Shown here in pieces: positions 1 through 12,760 of a stretch of DNA of 64,000 nucleotides. This DNA comes from an uncultured Candidatus Saccharibacteria bacterium (lineage in GTDB: Bacteria > Patescibacteriota > UBA1384 > DTJR01), in assembly GCA_964487045.1 (NCBI GenBank), contig CAZAOT010000003.1, positions 136,983 to 200,982 of the forward strand, written 5' to 3'. The notes below the pieces were generated by a model. It was not told the DNA's origin. It did not search any database and saw only the letters and a program-made list of their open reading frames with translations. The position numbers were made by a program, and so were the translations under genes. Each line of letters opens with the position of its first letter. Within the stretch, counting starts at the first letter, position 1.

Positions 1-22
1 AAACATTTAGGGAGTTAAAAAT

Positions 23-1012
23 ATGAATACAAAATCAAATAATAAAATTAAGTTCAATGATAAAGTGAAGCTAATTATCTCAGATGTAGATGAGACGATT
101 GCTGATGTCTATAAAAAAGCTGATAGTAGGATGATCGGTGAACTAGATAAACTTTTGAGCGAAGGGAAAGTAATTTTTATGATTTCTGGTCATTCGGCAA
201 AAGGTATTCATGAAAGAATTCTCGCTGGAAGCAATCCAGAAAATCGGAAACGAATTTTGATCGGTCATTGCAGCGGAGTTGAAGTCTTTGGATACGATGA
301 TGAAGGAAACTTAAACGAACAACCATTTTATAGTTTATATAATGAGAAGCTAGACGAAAATCAAAAATCAAAGCTTAGGCAAATTGTCGAGCAAGTAGTG
401 GAGGAATTTTCTCTAATAGTTTATCCGACCAGCGAAGTGGAGGAGTTTGTGATAAAGAGTGAAGGCAACCCACTTGCGATTATGTTAGATGATCGTGGTC
501 CGCAGATTACTTTTGAAGTTATCAATGGCCATGATTTATCTAAAGACCAGGCTGAACAATTGCCATTTAAAATTACTGAAGGTGAACATGGATGGGACAT
601 AAGAGATGTTTTAAAATTAAGATTTGAGCAATTACTCCAAGAGGCACAGATCCCAGTAGATCCCAGGAAAGCAGGAGTTTTTGCACTTGACCTTGCAGTT
701 AGCGGAGTGTCAAAAACTACCGCGGTAAAGTATGTTATAGAAAATAACGAATTACTGAATCGATTAGGTCTAGAGCCAAAGATTTTAAAAGATCCCTCTT
801 CAGTAGAGGTTTGGGGTGATAAGTTTTCCGAAAAAAGAGGCGGAACAGACAGGCACATAAGCGAAGGACTACCTAAGGATGTTCGATCAGTCGATTTTAG
901 ACAAGAGGATCCAAGCGAATTTCCTGAAGGTTATAATATCGTAGTTTGGAGCGGCGAAAGGCATCTGCATGATGGTTTGTTGGAATATCTAGAGTCAAGG
1001 CATGATGGATAA
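23..1012 (+). CDS. HAD-superfamily hydrolase (subfamily IIB-like phosphatase/mutase)
   Basis: N-terminal hhhSDVDETI motif I, ISG motif II, SKT lysine and GD...GGTD motif IV. Confidence 0.75.
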   Translation: MNTKSNNKIKFNDKVKLIISDVDETIADVYKKADSRMIGELDKLLSEGKVIFMISGHSAKGIHERILAGSNPENRKRILIGHCSGVEVFGYDDEGNLNEQPFYSLYNEKLDENQKSKLRQIVEQVVEEFSLIVYPTSEVEEFVIKSEGNPLAIMLDDRGPQITFEVINGHDLSKDQAEQLPFKITEGEHGWDIRDVLKLRFEQLLQEAQIPVDPRKAGVFALDLAVSGVSKTTAVKYVIENNELLNRLGLEPKILKDPSSVEVWGDKFSEKRGGTDRHISEGLPKDVRSVDFRQEDPSEFPEGYNIVVWSGERHLHDGLLEYLESRHDG

Positions 1013-1811
1013 AATATTAATCACAGCCTATGATGGTCCGGATTTGGATGGGTCAGCGTGCGCTTTCGCTTACGCAGAATTAATCAATGCTCTTGGCGGA
1101 GACGCTACTGCGGCAGTTTTTGGCAATCTTAGACTAGAGGCTCAGTTTGCGTTTGATAAAGTAGGGGCAAAAATAATTAATGGATCCAAATTAAAAAAAT
1201 CAATTAACAAAATAATTTTAGTCGATGCTTGCGAAATAAAAGGCATCTCGTCAGAAATAGATCCGCTCAAAGTCATAGAAGCAATTGATCACCGCGCGGT
1301 CAATCAAGCAAAAGAGGAATTCCCAAATGCCTCTATTCAGATTGAACTAGTCGGCTCTTGTGCGACTTTAATCACAGAAAAATTTATTAAAAACAAAATT
1401 CAACCTTCACGGAAATCATCTACACTATTATATCTTGCGATCGCTTCGAACACGATAAATTTTAAGAATAATGTAACAACTGATAGGGACATTAAATCAG
1501 CCAAATATTTAAAAGAAATATCGAAAGTAGATGATGAGCTAGTCTTTGAAATGTTTGCTCATCAATCAAAGTTGTCCGGAACCATCAGAGAAATTTTTGA
1601 GCGAGATAAGTGGAGTAATCATGTGGCTGGTAAAGTTTTCTCAATATTTCAGTTTGAAATTATCGGAGTAGAAAAATTTGTAAAAGATAATTTTAATGAA
1701 ATTGTCGATTCTCTGAAAGAAGTAATGATGGAAGAAAAGTTTGATTTTACGCTGGCTACTTTTGTTGACTTGGAAAAAAGCTCGAAATACTTTTGTAGTT
1801 CCAGGCGATAA
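1002..1811 (+). CDS. ppaC: DHH-family Mn-dependent inorganic pyrophosphatase (PpaC-like), frameshifted near the C-terminus
   Basis: PDLDG, LVD, IDHR, VGSCATLI and IASNTINF motifs; the true C-terminus continues in the +1 frame after GAAAAAAG at ~1773-1780. Confidence 0.8.
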   Translation: MMDKILITAYDGPDLDGSACAFAYAELINALGGDATAAVFGNLRLEAQFAFDKVGAKIINGSKLKKSINKIILVDACEIKGISSEIDPLKVIEAIDHRAVNQAKEEFPNASIQIELVGSCATLITEKFIKNKIQPSRKSSTLLYLAIASNTINFKNNVTTDRDIKSAKYLKEISKVDDELVFEMFAHQSKLSGTIREIFERDKWSNHVAGKVFSIFQFEIIGVEKFVKDNFNEIVDSLKEVMMEEKFDFTLATFVDLEKSSKYFCSSRR

Positions 1812-1938
1812 AGTGGGGAATATATTTGAAAAGATTCTGGGGGTGAAATTTGAAAACAATATTGCTCATCTACCAAAGATTTTGATGCGTAAAGAAATAA
1901 TGCCAAAAATAAAAGAGTATTTTGAGGAAAATGAATAA
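1780..1938 (+). pseudogene. C-terminal (DHHA2) fragment of ppaC in the +1 frame
   Basis: ARNTFVV...LPKILMRKEIMPKI resembles the PpaC SRKK..P terminus; stop overlaps the next ATG. Confidence 0.7.
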
Positions 1939-2230
1939 ATATCAAAAGCAAGTGGATAAGTGGTTTAAAGAAGAGGATTGGAAGTACTGGCATCCGCTTG
2001 GGCAAATGGCTGCGATGATGGAAGAAACTGGAGAGTTAGCTAGAATTGTAAATCATCTTTATGGTGAGAAGCCGAAAAAGTCGACCGAGAAGAAACAGGA
2101 GCTAGAAAGTGAGATCGGAGATGTTTTATATGTTTTAATTTGTTTAGCCAATACAGCTAATATCGACCTTGATAAAGCAATTGAAAAAACAATTAAAAAA
2201 GTGACCACGAGAGACAAGGGTAGATATTGA
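1931..2230 (+). CDS. MazG-like nucleotide pyrophosphohydrolase
   Basis: EETGELAR and EIGDVLY MazG motifs; ATG at 1931 with GAGG RBS. Confidence 0.85.
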   Translation: MNKYQKQVDKWFKEEDWKYWHPLGQMAAMMEETGELARIVNHLYGEKPKKSTEKKQELESEIGDVLYVLICLANTANIDLDKAIEKTIKKVTTRDKGRY

Positions 2231-2251
2231 TCTTTGTGACTAACAAAATAT

Positions 2252-2266
2252 GACCCCAAAGGGGTC
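2252..2266. terminator. Hairpin GACCCC-AAA-GGGGTC, probable terminator
   Basis: Perfect 6-bp GC stem downstream of the MazG gene and next to a TGGTGGG att-like scar. Confidence 0.45.
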
Positions 2267-2471
2267 GTCTCGTTGGTGGGAGGGCGTTTTTGAGGTGGTA
2301 CTCAAAAACTAATGTTGTGGACGAGAAAGGCAGTATGAGAGGACTCGGTCACCGGTCGATTTCTCCTGAAATAAAAATGTCCAACTTCGCCATAAGGCTA
2401 CGCTGGACAAACTTCTTTACTATACTTCGGTGGCTCGCCAAGCGAAGCCACAATTTTATTGTGGCGAAGTT

Positions 2472-2489
2472 TGGTGGGCGGGAGAGGAC
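2472..2489 (-). repeat. 18-bp direct duplicate of the tRNA-Leu 3' end (att-like scar)
   Basis: TGGTGGGCGGGAGAGGAC at 2472-2489 is identical to 5574-5591. Confidence 0.85.
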
Positions 2490-2614
2490 CCCCTCTCAGT
2501 CAAAATCTGCTGATTTTGCTTCGAGGCTGGCCTCGTGCCGTCGCACTCCGGCCTTCGAGTCCTCTTTCCTATCAATAGTTCAAAAAACTGCGCCTGTTGG
2601 CGCATTTCTTTGCT

Positions 2615-3974
2615 TGGTGGTGCATAATGGAAATTGTTCGAACGCATTTCGCCGGCGAAGCCGGCGTGAAAAACACCCCCGAAAATTCCCGACTGAATTC
2701 TGAACTTTGACAATTTCAACTTTTTAGTGAGCAAAGCTCACTAGAGAAATCTTACCAGATTTCTCTCTTGGCGGCAAATTCCTAACCGTAATTTTTGATT
2801 AGTTTTTTCGAGAACCAATGATATTTTCCGAGACCTACCAAAAAACTCAGTAAAGTGTTGGAAAGTCGGTTATTAAGCTTAGTCAAAAAATTCGCGGACG
2901 AAAGGACCCTCTCGTGTCTGCGCTTAATCCTTAAAATTTCAGCAATGCCTTCGCATTTGTATTTAGGATTTACAATTCTATGTGCGACATCTCTTCCCGA
3001 AACTAAACCAAAATAAATTCCTTCACCAGTCAATCCAGAGGCAAAACCACCAGCGTCACCAACAAGAAATTTATTTCCAAATTCAAACCCTTGATAATCA
3101 AAATTTATTGTCCAACCTTGCAATTTTGAACCTTGAATATCGATTTGTTTATCGGCTAGCCATCGATGAAATGCTTTCTGCAGAGTTGAAGGTCTGAAAC
3201 TTCTTGTATCCTGACAGCAGCCAACCGAAGTATAGCCTTTATGTGGGAAAATCCACGAATATCCGCTTCCAAAAAGACTGGTATCAACATGATACTCCAT
3301 ATTTTTCAAATTTTTAGGAATAAAATATTGAATTGCCATGAGAAATTTATTGTTTTTCAAACCAAGCGATTTTCTGACGAGCGAGTTGCTTCCGTCTGCT
3401 CCAACTAAATACTTGAATGAAATTTTTTTACCGTCGGCTACGACAAAGTTGGTGCCGATTTCGGTTACATTACAACAAGTCTTAACAGTTGTTTTTGTGG
3501 AGAGTTTATTGGCTAAAAATTTGCCTAATTTGCCCCGATCAATCGTTCCCACGAAAGGAATACTGCCATTTGAAATTTTTACATTTTTTTCTTTTGAGGA
3601 AGCTATGACTTCAGAGAATAAAATTTCAGCAGTATCAAGTGGAATGTTTAAATTTTCAATTTTCGTTGTCAGCCCGCCAGCACAAACCTTTGGGCCAATC
3701 TCATTGTTTTTTTCTAGCAACAAAACCGTCATTTCTGACTTTTGCAATTCAATAGCACAGCTTAACCCAGCTGGCCCAGCGCCAACAATAATTACATCGT
3801 ATCCATCTATCATAAAAATTTTCTTTTACAAAACAATGATTCGAGCCGATATTTTTGAACAGGTTTCTTTGGCAGTTTTGAAAGTTCAGAATTCAGTCGG
3901 GAATTTTCGGGGGTGTTTTTCACGCCGGCTTCGCCGGCGAAATGCGTTCGAACAATTTCCATTATGCACCACCA
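2615..3974. repeat. 94-bp inverted repeat pair (2615-2708 / 3881-3974) flanking the oxidoreductase gene
   Basis: Direct reverse-complement match. Confidence 0.9.
2782..3813 (-). CDS. NAD(P)/FAD-dependent oxidoreductase, geranylgeranyl-reductase family
   Basis: IVGAGPAG Rossmann motif, KVCAGG, GADG, GYSWIFP, LVGDAGG...TGEGI. Confidence 0.85.
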   Translation of the reverse strand: MIDGYDVIIVGAGPAGLSCAIELQKSEMTVLLLEKNNEIGPKVCAGGLTTKIENLNIPLDTAEILFSEVIASSKEKNVKISNGSIPFVGTIDRGKLGKFLANKLSTKTTVKTCCNVTEIGTNFVVADGKKISFKYLVGADGSNSLVRKSLGLKNNKFLMAIQYFIPKNLKNMEYHVDTSLFGSGYSWIFPHKGYTSVGCCQDTRSFRPSTLQKAFHRWLADKQIDIQGSKLQGWTINFDYQGFEFGNKFLVGDAGGFASGLTGEGIYFGLVSGRDVAHRIVNPKYKCEGIAEILRIKRRHERVLSSANFLTKLNNRLSNTLLSFLVGLGKYHWFSKKLIKNYG

Positions 3975-4096
3975 TTTCGGAAAGAGCAAGTTTTCGGTTT
4001 GCGCCTCGCTTCGCTCGGCGACAAGTTTGTAGGGAATTTTCGGAACAATTTGCCACTTTCGATTTTGAATGCATTTGTAAAAGAAAATTTTTATGA
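3810..4096. repeat. 23-bp inverted repeat pair (3810-3832 / 4074-4096) bracketing the attP-like junction
   Basis: TCATAAAAATTTTCTTTTACAAA and its exact reverse complement. Confidence 0.85.
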
Positions 4097-5579
4097 AATT
4101 TAGGAATAAATAAGGAGGAAAATGAAATACATAATTTATGCCAGAAAAAGCACGGAAGAAGACGACAGACAAATTTTGAGTATTGAAGCGCAGCTTCATG
4201 AACTTTCTGAATTTGCCGCCAAAGAAAAACTTGAAATTGTCGCTTCTTTTCAGGAAGCCAAAACTGCCAAAAAACCTGGGCGAACAAAGTTCGCTGAAAT
4301 GTTAGAAATGATTGAGAAAGGAAAAGCGGACGGAATACTCTCGTGGCATCCTGATAGGTTGGCAAGAAATAGTGTTGACGGCGGGAAGATTATTCATTTA
4401 GTCGACCAAGGTAAAATCAAATCCTTGAAGTTCCCAACATTTTGGTTTGAACCAACTCCGCAAGGACTTTTTATGCTCCAAATTGCTTTTGGTCAAAGTA
4501 AATACTATGTCGATAACTTACGAGAAAATGTCACACGAGGTATGAATCAAAAAGTTAGAAATGGTGTTTGGCCATGTCTTGCTCCAATCGGTTATTTGAA
4601 TAATCCAAAAACCAGAGGAATTGATTTGAATAAAAAAAGGTCATTAATTGTGAAGAAAATGTTTGAGCTTTACGCTAGTGGAAAATACAATCTTCGGGAA
4701 TTAACCGATTGGGCGAAAGACAATAACTTCAAAAGCAATTTAGGAAGACCACTCACACCAGGGAAAATTCAAAAGATTCTCCAAAATGTTTTTTACCTTG
4801 GTCTTATGAAATACAATGGAGAAATCCATGAGGGAACTCACAGGCCGATAATCTCAAAGAAACTTTTTGATAAGGTTCAGCAAGTGATGAAAGAAAAAGG
4901 CAAACCGCATAAACAGAAAAAGCATCATTTTGCTTTTCTTGGTTTAATGAAATGCAAAAGTTGTGGTTGCTCAATTACTGCCGAAATTCAAAAAGGTCAT
5001 AATTATTATAGATGCACCAAGAAAAAGCAAAAGTGCAACGAAAAGTATATGCGAGAAGAATCACTTGTTGAACAAATTCATGAGTACCTGCAAAAAGTTT
5101 CTTTGCCCCGCCAAGACACCGAAAAGGTTTTGTTTGAGCTTCAGAAGGAAGAAACTCAAGCAAAAGAACAAGCCAAAACTTCCGTTCAATTTCTCAAAGT
5201 AAAACTTGGACAAACCGAAAAACAACTTGAAAAATTACTCGATGTTTATTTGAACGAGGTAATTACAACCGAAGAATATACTTTGCGAAAACAAAAATTA
5301 TTAAGCGAAAAACTTTCACTCAATGAGCAAATCAAAGATTTTGAACAAAAAGGCTTGTCTTGGCTCGAACCGGCCAGAGAGTTCGTTTTATCACTTGCCA
5401 AAGCTGATAAACTAAAAAATTCTGGAAATTATCCAGAAATTCTAACATTTCTCAAAAATATCGGCTCGAACCATTATCTACAAAATCGAAAGTGGCAAAT
5501 TGTTCCGAAAATTCCCTACAAACTTGTCGCCGAGCGAAGCGAGGCGCAAACCGAAAACTTGCTCTTTCCGAAATGGTGG
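3969..5579. repeat. 99-bp inverted repeat pair (3969-4067 / 5481-5579) flanking the recombinase gene
   Basis: The recombinase 3' end (QNRKWQ...FPKWW codons) is duplicated in reverse upstream of the gene. Confidence 0.9.
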
Positions 5580-5675
5580 GCGGGAGAGGACTCGAACCTC
5601 CACGCTTTTAGGGCACTAGCTCCTAAGGCTAGCGTGTATACCAATTTCACCACCCGCCCGACTGCATTATTATAG
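4122..5675 (+). CDS. Large serine recombinase (resolvase + recombinase + Zn-ribbon domains)
   Basis: YARKST catalytic Ser, DRLARN, CKSCG...YYRC zinc ribbon, coiled coil; AGGAGG RBS. Confidence 0.95.
   Translation: MKYIIYARKSTEEDDRQILSIEAQLHELSEFAAKEKLEIVASFQEAKTAKKPGRTKFAEMLEMIEKGKADGILSWHPDRLARNSVDGGKIIHLVDQGKIKSLKFPTFWFEPTPQGLFMLQIAFGQSKYYVDNLRENVTRGMNQKVRNGVWPCLAPIGYLNNPKTRGIDLNKKRSLIVKKMFELYASGKYNLRELTDWAKDNNFKSNLGRPLTPGKIQKILQNVFYLGLMKYNGEIHEGTHRPIISKKLFDKVQQVMKEKGKPHKQKKHHFAFLGLMKCKSCGCSITAEIQKGHNYYRCTKKKQKCNEKYMREESLVEQIHEYLQKVSLPRQDTEKVLFELQKEETQAKEQAKTSVQFLKVKLGQTEKQLEKLLDVYLNEVITTEEYTLRKQKLLSEKLSLNEQIKDFEQKGLSWLEPAREFVLSLAKADKLKNSGNYPEILTFLKNIGSNHYLQNRKWQIVPKIPYKLVAERSEAQTENLLFPKWWAGEDSNLHAFRALAPKASVYTNFTTRPTALL
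5574..5659 (-). tRNA. tRNA-Leu (anticodon TAG)
   Basis: GGGCGGG acceptor stem, CTAGC-CTTAGGA-GCTAG anticodon arm, long variable arm, GGTTCGAGTCC T-arm, encoded CCA. Confidence 0.95.
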
Positions 5676-5752
5676 GTTAAAATTTAAAATTTGTCTATAA
5701 GAAGGAGTATTTATTGCCCTAATTGATTTATTCTGTTACGATTTTTTATGAT

Positions 5753-6298
5753 ATGGATAAAGAAACATCTAATCAGGAAAATCTATCAAAGCAGTCAGGC
5801 GAAAAAGATCTGATTATTTTTAGGCAAAGTCGTGATCGACTTTATCTTGATTTAGCAATTGTCGCTCTGGCATTTATCGGTCTTTGTATAATGTTCTATA
5901 GTTCGACTTTCTTTAATCCAATAGTTTTGATTATTTTATTTTTCATCATTATCTTAGTCTGTATTACTGTTTATGTATCATGGTATTTTACTATATTTAA
6001 AATTACTACTATCAGGGTTGAATATAAATCCGGATTAATTTCTAAGATAGAAGAAGAAATCGCTCTTGAGGATATTCAGACTGTTGATACTGTCCAGTCT
6101 TTAATAGGTCGCCTTTTGAATCATGGTGATATCAAAATCGAGTCGGCTGGTAATAACATTATTATTTTAAAAAATGTACATAATGCTCATAATCTTGCCC
6201 ATCAGATAGCAACCTTGTCACTCAATTATAATAAGTCTGTCGAAATTGATGACGATCATGTTCCATTCGATAAAGATATCGATAAAACTTATCGGTGA
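5753..6298 (+). CDS. Membrane protein with bacterial PH domain (bPH_2)
   Basis: Two TM helices, then FKITTIRV...LEDIQTVD..QSLIGRLLNHGDIKIESAG. Confidence 0.75.
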   Translation: MDKETSNQENLSKQSGEKDLIIFRQSRDRLYLDLAIVALAFIGLCIMFYSSTFFNPIVLIILFFIIILVCITVYVSWYFTIFKITTIRVEYKSGLISKIEEEIALEDIQTVDTVQSLIGRLLNHGDIKIESAGNNIIILKNVHNAHNLAHQIATLSLNYNKSVEIDDDHVPFDKDIDKTYR

Positions 6299-6710
6299 GA
6301 TCTCTTCTTTTTTCGCTCGATAGTTTTGAGTCTAGCTGCGTTTCTCTCGAGTAGCGACGTAGCATCAGCTAGTGATAGTTCGTCTACTTTTTCTTTCATC
6401 TTAAGAGCTGCATCCTTGATTGCCTCGATAGCTCTTTGCTCATCAATTGATTCAGCAAATTCGGCTGTCTGGACAAAGGCTACAATTTTTTCTGGACTAA
6501 CTGTTATGAAACCAGCGCCCACGGAAAGAAGTTTTTCTTCTGACTTATGTTCTATTTTTAATACACCAGGAGAGATCAAGCTGACAATTGGTAAGTGATC
6601 GGCCATGATTCCTACCTCGCCTTGTGGCGTAGGAAGGCTAACATACTGAGCCTCTCCTTCAAATAAAACTGCATCTGGTGAAGATAGTGTGAAGTGAAAA
6701 GTTTTGGCCA

Positions 6711-6711
<1 letters not shown>
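6289..6711 (-). CDS. atpC: ATP synthase F1 epsilon
   Basis: GEVGIMADHLP motif, operon position. Confidence 0.95.
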
Positions 6712-8985
<2,274 letters not shown>

Positions 8986-8987
8986 GG

Positions 8988-10538
8988 TTATTTTGTTTCT
9001 TCTTTAGCTTCTTCTATTTCTTTTTCTTTATGTTGTTCAATTGCCTGAGAGATAATCTCTGTCAATTTTTCACCGTCTTTATCATCGAAGTCGCCAGTTT
9101 CATCGATCTTCTTAAGGATTTCTTTTCCTCTGGCATTTACCGCTTGGATGATAGAAGTCTCCGCATATTTAATCTTGTCAACCGGAACCTCATCAAGTAG
9201 TCCATTTGTAGCAGCGAAAAATATTGCAACTTCATCGGTAACCGGTAGCGGCTCGGCTTGCGGTTGTTTTAGAAGTTCGGTGAATCTTCTACCTCTTTCG
9301 ATCTGTTTTTTGGTAGTATCGTCAACATCTGAGCCAAATTGCGCAAATGATTCGAGCTCTCTGAATTGTGCTAAGTCGAGCTTTAGCTTTCCGGCAACTT
9401 TTTTCATTGCTTTAATTTGAGCAGCACCACCGACTCTAGAAACTGACAATCCGACGTTGACCGCTGGTCTAATACCTTTGTAGAAGAGATCTGGTTCAAG
9501 ATAAATCTGTCCGTCAGTGATTGAGATTACGTTGGTTGGAATATACGCTGAAATATCTCCCGCTTGGGTTTCGATAATTGGTAGTGCGGTTAAACTTCCA
9601 CCACCGCTGTCTTTGTTGAGTTTGGCTGCTCGCTCCAAAAGTCTTGAATGAAGATAGAAAACATCACCAGGATAAGCTTCTCTTCCGGGAGGTCTTCTAA
9701 GCAAAAGTGATATTTCTCGATAGGCCCAAGCCTGTTTTGTAAGATCATCATAAATAATCAACACGTCTCGCCCCTCTTCCATGAAGTACTCACCCATTGC
9801 ACAACCAGAGTATGGCGCGAGAAAGTTAAGTGGGGCAGGATCGGAGGCAGTTGCGCAGACTACAATTGTGTAATCCATTGCTCCAACTTCCTCTAGTTGA
9901 GCGACAATTTTAGCAATCTTAGACTTTTTCTGACCAATCGAAACATAAATACAAATTGGTCGTTTCTTTTCGTCTACTTGTTTTTGGTTGATGATTGTAT
10001 CAATCGCGATTGTAGTTTTTCCGGTACCGCGGTCTCCAATAATAAGCTCTCTTTGGCCTCGTCCAATTGGAATAATTGAGTCAATTGCCTTAATACCAGT
10101 TTGTAGTGGTTGGCGTACACCTTCTCTAGTGATAACACCAGGAGCTACTCTTTCTACCTCCATCATTTTTTCAGCTTTGATTGGTCCCTTATCATCGATT
10201 GGACTGCCAAGTACATCCACAACCCTTCCGATCAAGCCTTTACCGGCAGGAACTTTCAAGACCTCGCCGCTAGGAGTAACTTCATCAGAAGATGAAATTT
10301 TTTCGAACTGACCAAGTACTACCGCGCCAATCATTCCTTCTTCTAGTGAGAGTGCCATCGCTGGAACGGAGCCTTCTTTGGTTTTGATGTTTAGGAGTTC
10401 ACCGAATTTTGTTCCTCCTAGTCCTAAGATTCTTGCAACACCGTCGGCAACTTCAGCAACCTCGCCGACACTTCGGGTTTTGACTTCTTCGTCAAAGTTT
10501 AAAATTTCTTTCTTAAGCTGATCGACTAAATCACTCAT
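8988..10538 (-). CDS. atpA: ATP synthase F1 alpha
   Basis: [21 protein letters not shown]. Confidence 0.98.
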   Translation of the reverse strand: MSDLVDQLKKEILNFDEEVKTRSVGEVAEVADGVARILGLGGTKFGELLNIKTKEGSVPAMALSLEEGMIGAVVLGQFEKISSSDEVTPSGEVLKVPAGKGLIGRVVDVLGSPIDDKGPIKAEKMMEVERVAPGVITREGVRQPLQTGIKAIDSIIPIGRGQRELIIGDRGTGKTTIAIDTIINQKQVDEKKRPICIYVSIGQKKSKIAKIVAQLEEVGAMDYTIVVCATASDPAPLNFLAPYSGCAMGEYFMEEGRDVLIIYDDLTKQAWAYREISLLLRRPPGREAYPGDVFYLHSRLLERAAKLNKDSGGGSLTALPIIETQAGDISAYIPTNVISITDGQIYLEPDLFYKGIRPAVNVGLSVSRVGGAAQIKAMKKVAGKLKLDLAQFRELESFAQFGSDVDDTTKKQIERGRRFTELLKQPQAEPLPVTDEVAIFFAATNGLLDEVPVDKIKYAETSIIQAVNARGKEILKKIDETGDFDDKDGEKLTEIISQAIEQHKEKEIEEAKEETK

Positions 10539-10540
10539 AG

Positions 10541-10930
10541 TCACCTTCCAGTTGATTCTTTTATTTTTTCTAATTTGCCTCTCCATGAGAGGTCTAAAAT
10601 TCCATCGCCTAATTTTATCTTCAATCCTCCAAGCAATTTTTTATCGACTTCATATCTTGGAAGAATTTTTGAATCTAATTTTTTTATTAGCTTTTCTTCA
10701 AGTATCTGTTTCTCGGAACCAGTTAGCTCGTGAGCAGAGGTGATCAGAACAATGATTTCTTTGTTTGATTTAGCTCTTATCTCTCTAATTAGGCTGATCA
10801 TTTCTTCGAGGCGGGAAATTTTCTTTTGTTTCTGCAATTCAAACCAGAGCGATTTAGCAAGTTGCTCGATGTTATCATCGCTTAGTTTTCCCGCCGCAAT
10901 TGTAGCAATGTCGTTTACTGTTCGCTTCAT
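10541..10930 (-). CDS. atpH: ATP synthase delta (short)
   Basis: [13 protein letters not shown]...ILDLS C-terminal motif; position. Confidence 0.85.
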   Translation of the reverse strand: MKRTVNDIATIAAGKLSDDNIEQLAKSLWFELQKQKKISRLEEMISLIREIRAKSNKEIIVLITSAHELTGSEKQILEEKLIKKLDSKILPRYEVDKKLLGGLKIKLGDGILDLSWRGKLEKIKESTGR

Positions 10931-11412
10931 TATTTCACTTTATCTATAGCTTTTTGAATGCTGGTTTTATCAACTTCTGATTCCATGACTTTTTCACTGA
11001 TCAAGAGAGCTAGGTCGGTGATTTCTTTCTTAGCTTTTTCGACTATTTTCTCTTGTTCGGCTAAGGCTTGTTTTCGAGATGATTCGATAATCTCGGCTGC
11101 CTTATCTTGTGCTTCTTGGATTTTCTTTTGCGTTTCTTCACCAATTTCTTTCTTGGCCGAGGCAACGATTTTTTCGCTTTCGCTCGAGGCTTTTGAAAGA
11201 AGTTTTTTACTTTCCTCGCTTGCTTGCTCTAAGCGTTTTCGAGCCTCTTCAGAATCCTTCAAGCCCTGCTCTATTTTTTTCTTTCTGTCTGAGAGCATGT
11301 TGACGATCGGGCCATAAAGAAATTTTCGAAGTAGCAAGAATAAGATCAAGAAGTTGATAACTTGAGCGATTAGAAGCTTCCAGTCAATTCCTAAGCTTTC
11401 TAGTGCTTCCAT
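10930..11412 (-). CDS. atpF: ATP synthase F0 subunit b
   Basis: AQVINFLIL TM helix + coiled coil. Confidence 0.95.
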   Translation of the reverse strand: MEALESLGIDWKLLIAQVINFLILFLLLRKFLYGPIVNMLSDRKKKIEQGLKDSEEARKRLEQASEESKKLLSKASSESEKIVASAKKEIGEETQKKIQEAQDKAAEIIESSRKQALAEQEKIVEKAKKEITDLALLISEKVMESEVDKTSIQKAIDKVK

Positions 11413-11414
11413 CT

Positions 11415-12435
<1,021 letters not shown>

Positions 12436-12436
<1 letters not shown>

Positions 12437-12660
12437 TAGTCTAATTTATCTATTTCTTTAGTCAGGTTTTTGGTCATTTTTCTAATCCATAATATCGTTA
12501 TTATAAGTGCGAGAGAGGCTCCGATGACTAGTAACCAAGGAGTTGTACCAAGCTGGTTATCAACAATTTTTCCGCCGTAAGCCAACAAAACAAGAGGCAA
12601 AACTGTTGCTAAGGCAACCTTACCAAGAAACTTCAAAGAAAAAAAGAGTCGTTTTTTCAT
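12436..12660 (-). CDS. AtpZ/AtpI-family small membrane protein
   Basis: Two TMs with G..VD..LGTTPW; first gene of the atp operon. Confidence 0.75.
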
Positions 12661-12760
12661 AAATATGGCTCCTAAGCGCAAGATATCAAAAATATAAAAA
12701 AGGTCAATCCTGCGAGGATTGACTCTTGAAGAAAGGGGGGCGGTTTGGTAGGCTTCTTTT

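Larger units (their letters stand above)
2615..5579 (+). mobile_element. Serine-recombinase integrative element at the tRNA-Leu 3' end, carrying one oxidoreductase cargo gene
   Basis: TGGTGG cores at 2615, 3969-3974 (inverted) and 5574; large serine recombinase reads into the tRNA; att-arm duplications. Confidence 0.75.

Noticed and set aside
2290-4365. ORFs 2290-2703, 2456-2734, 3338-4096 and 3886-4365
   Set aside because: Shadow frames created by the inverted repeats and antisense strands; no RBS or domain.
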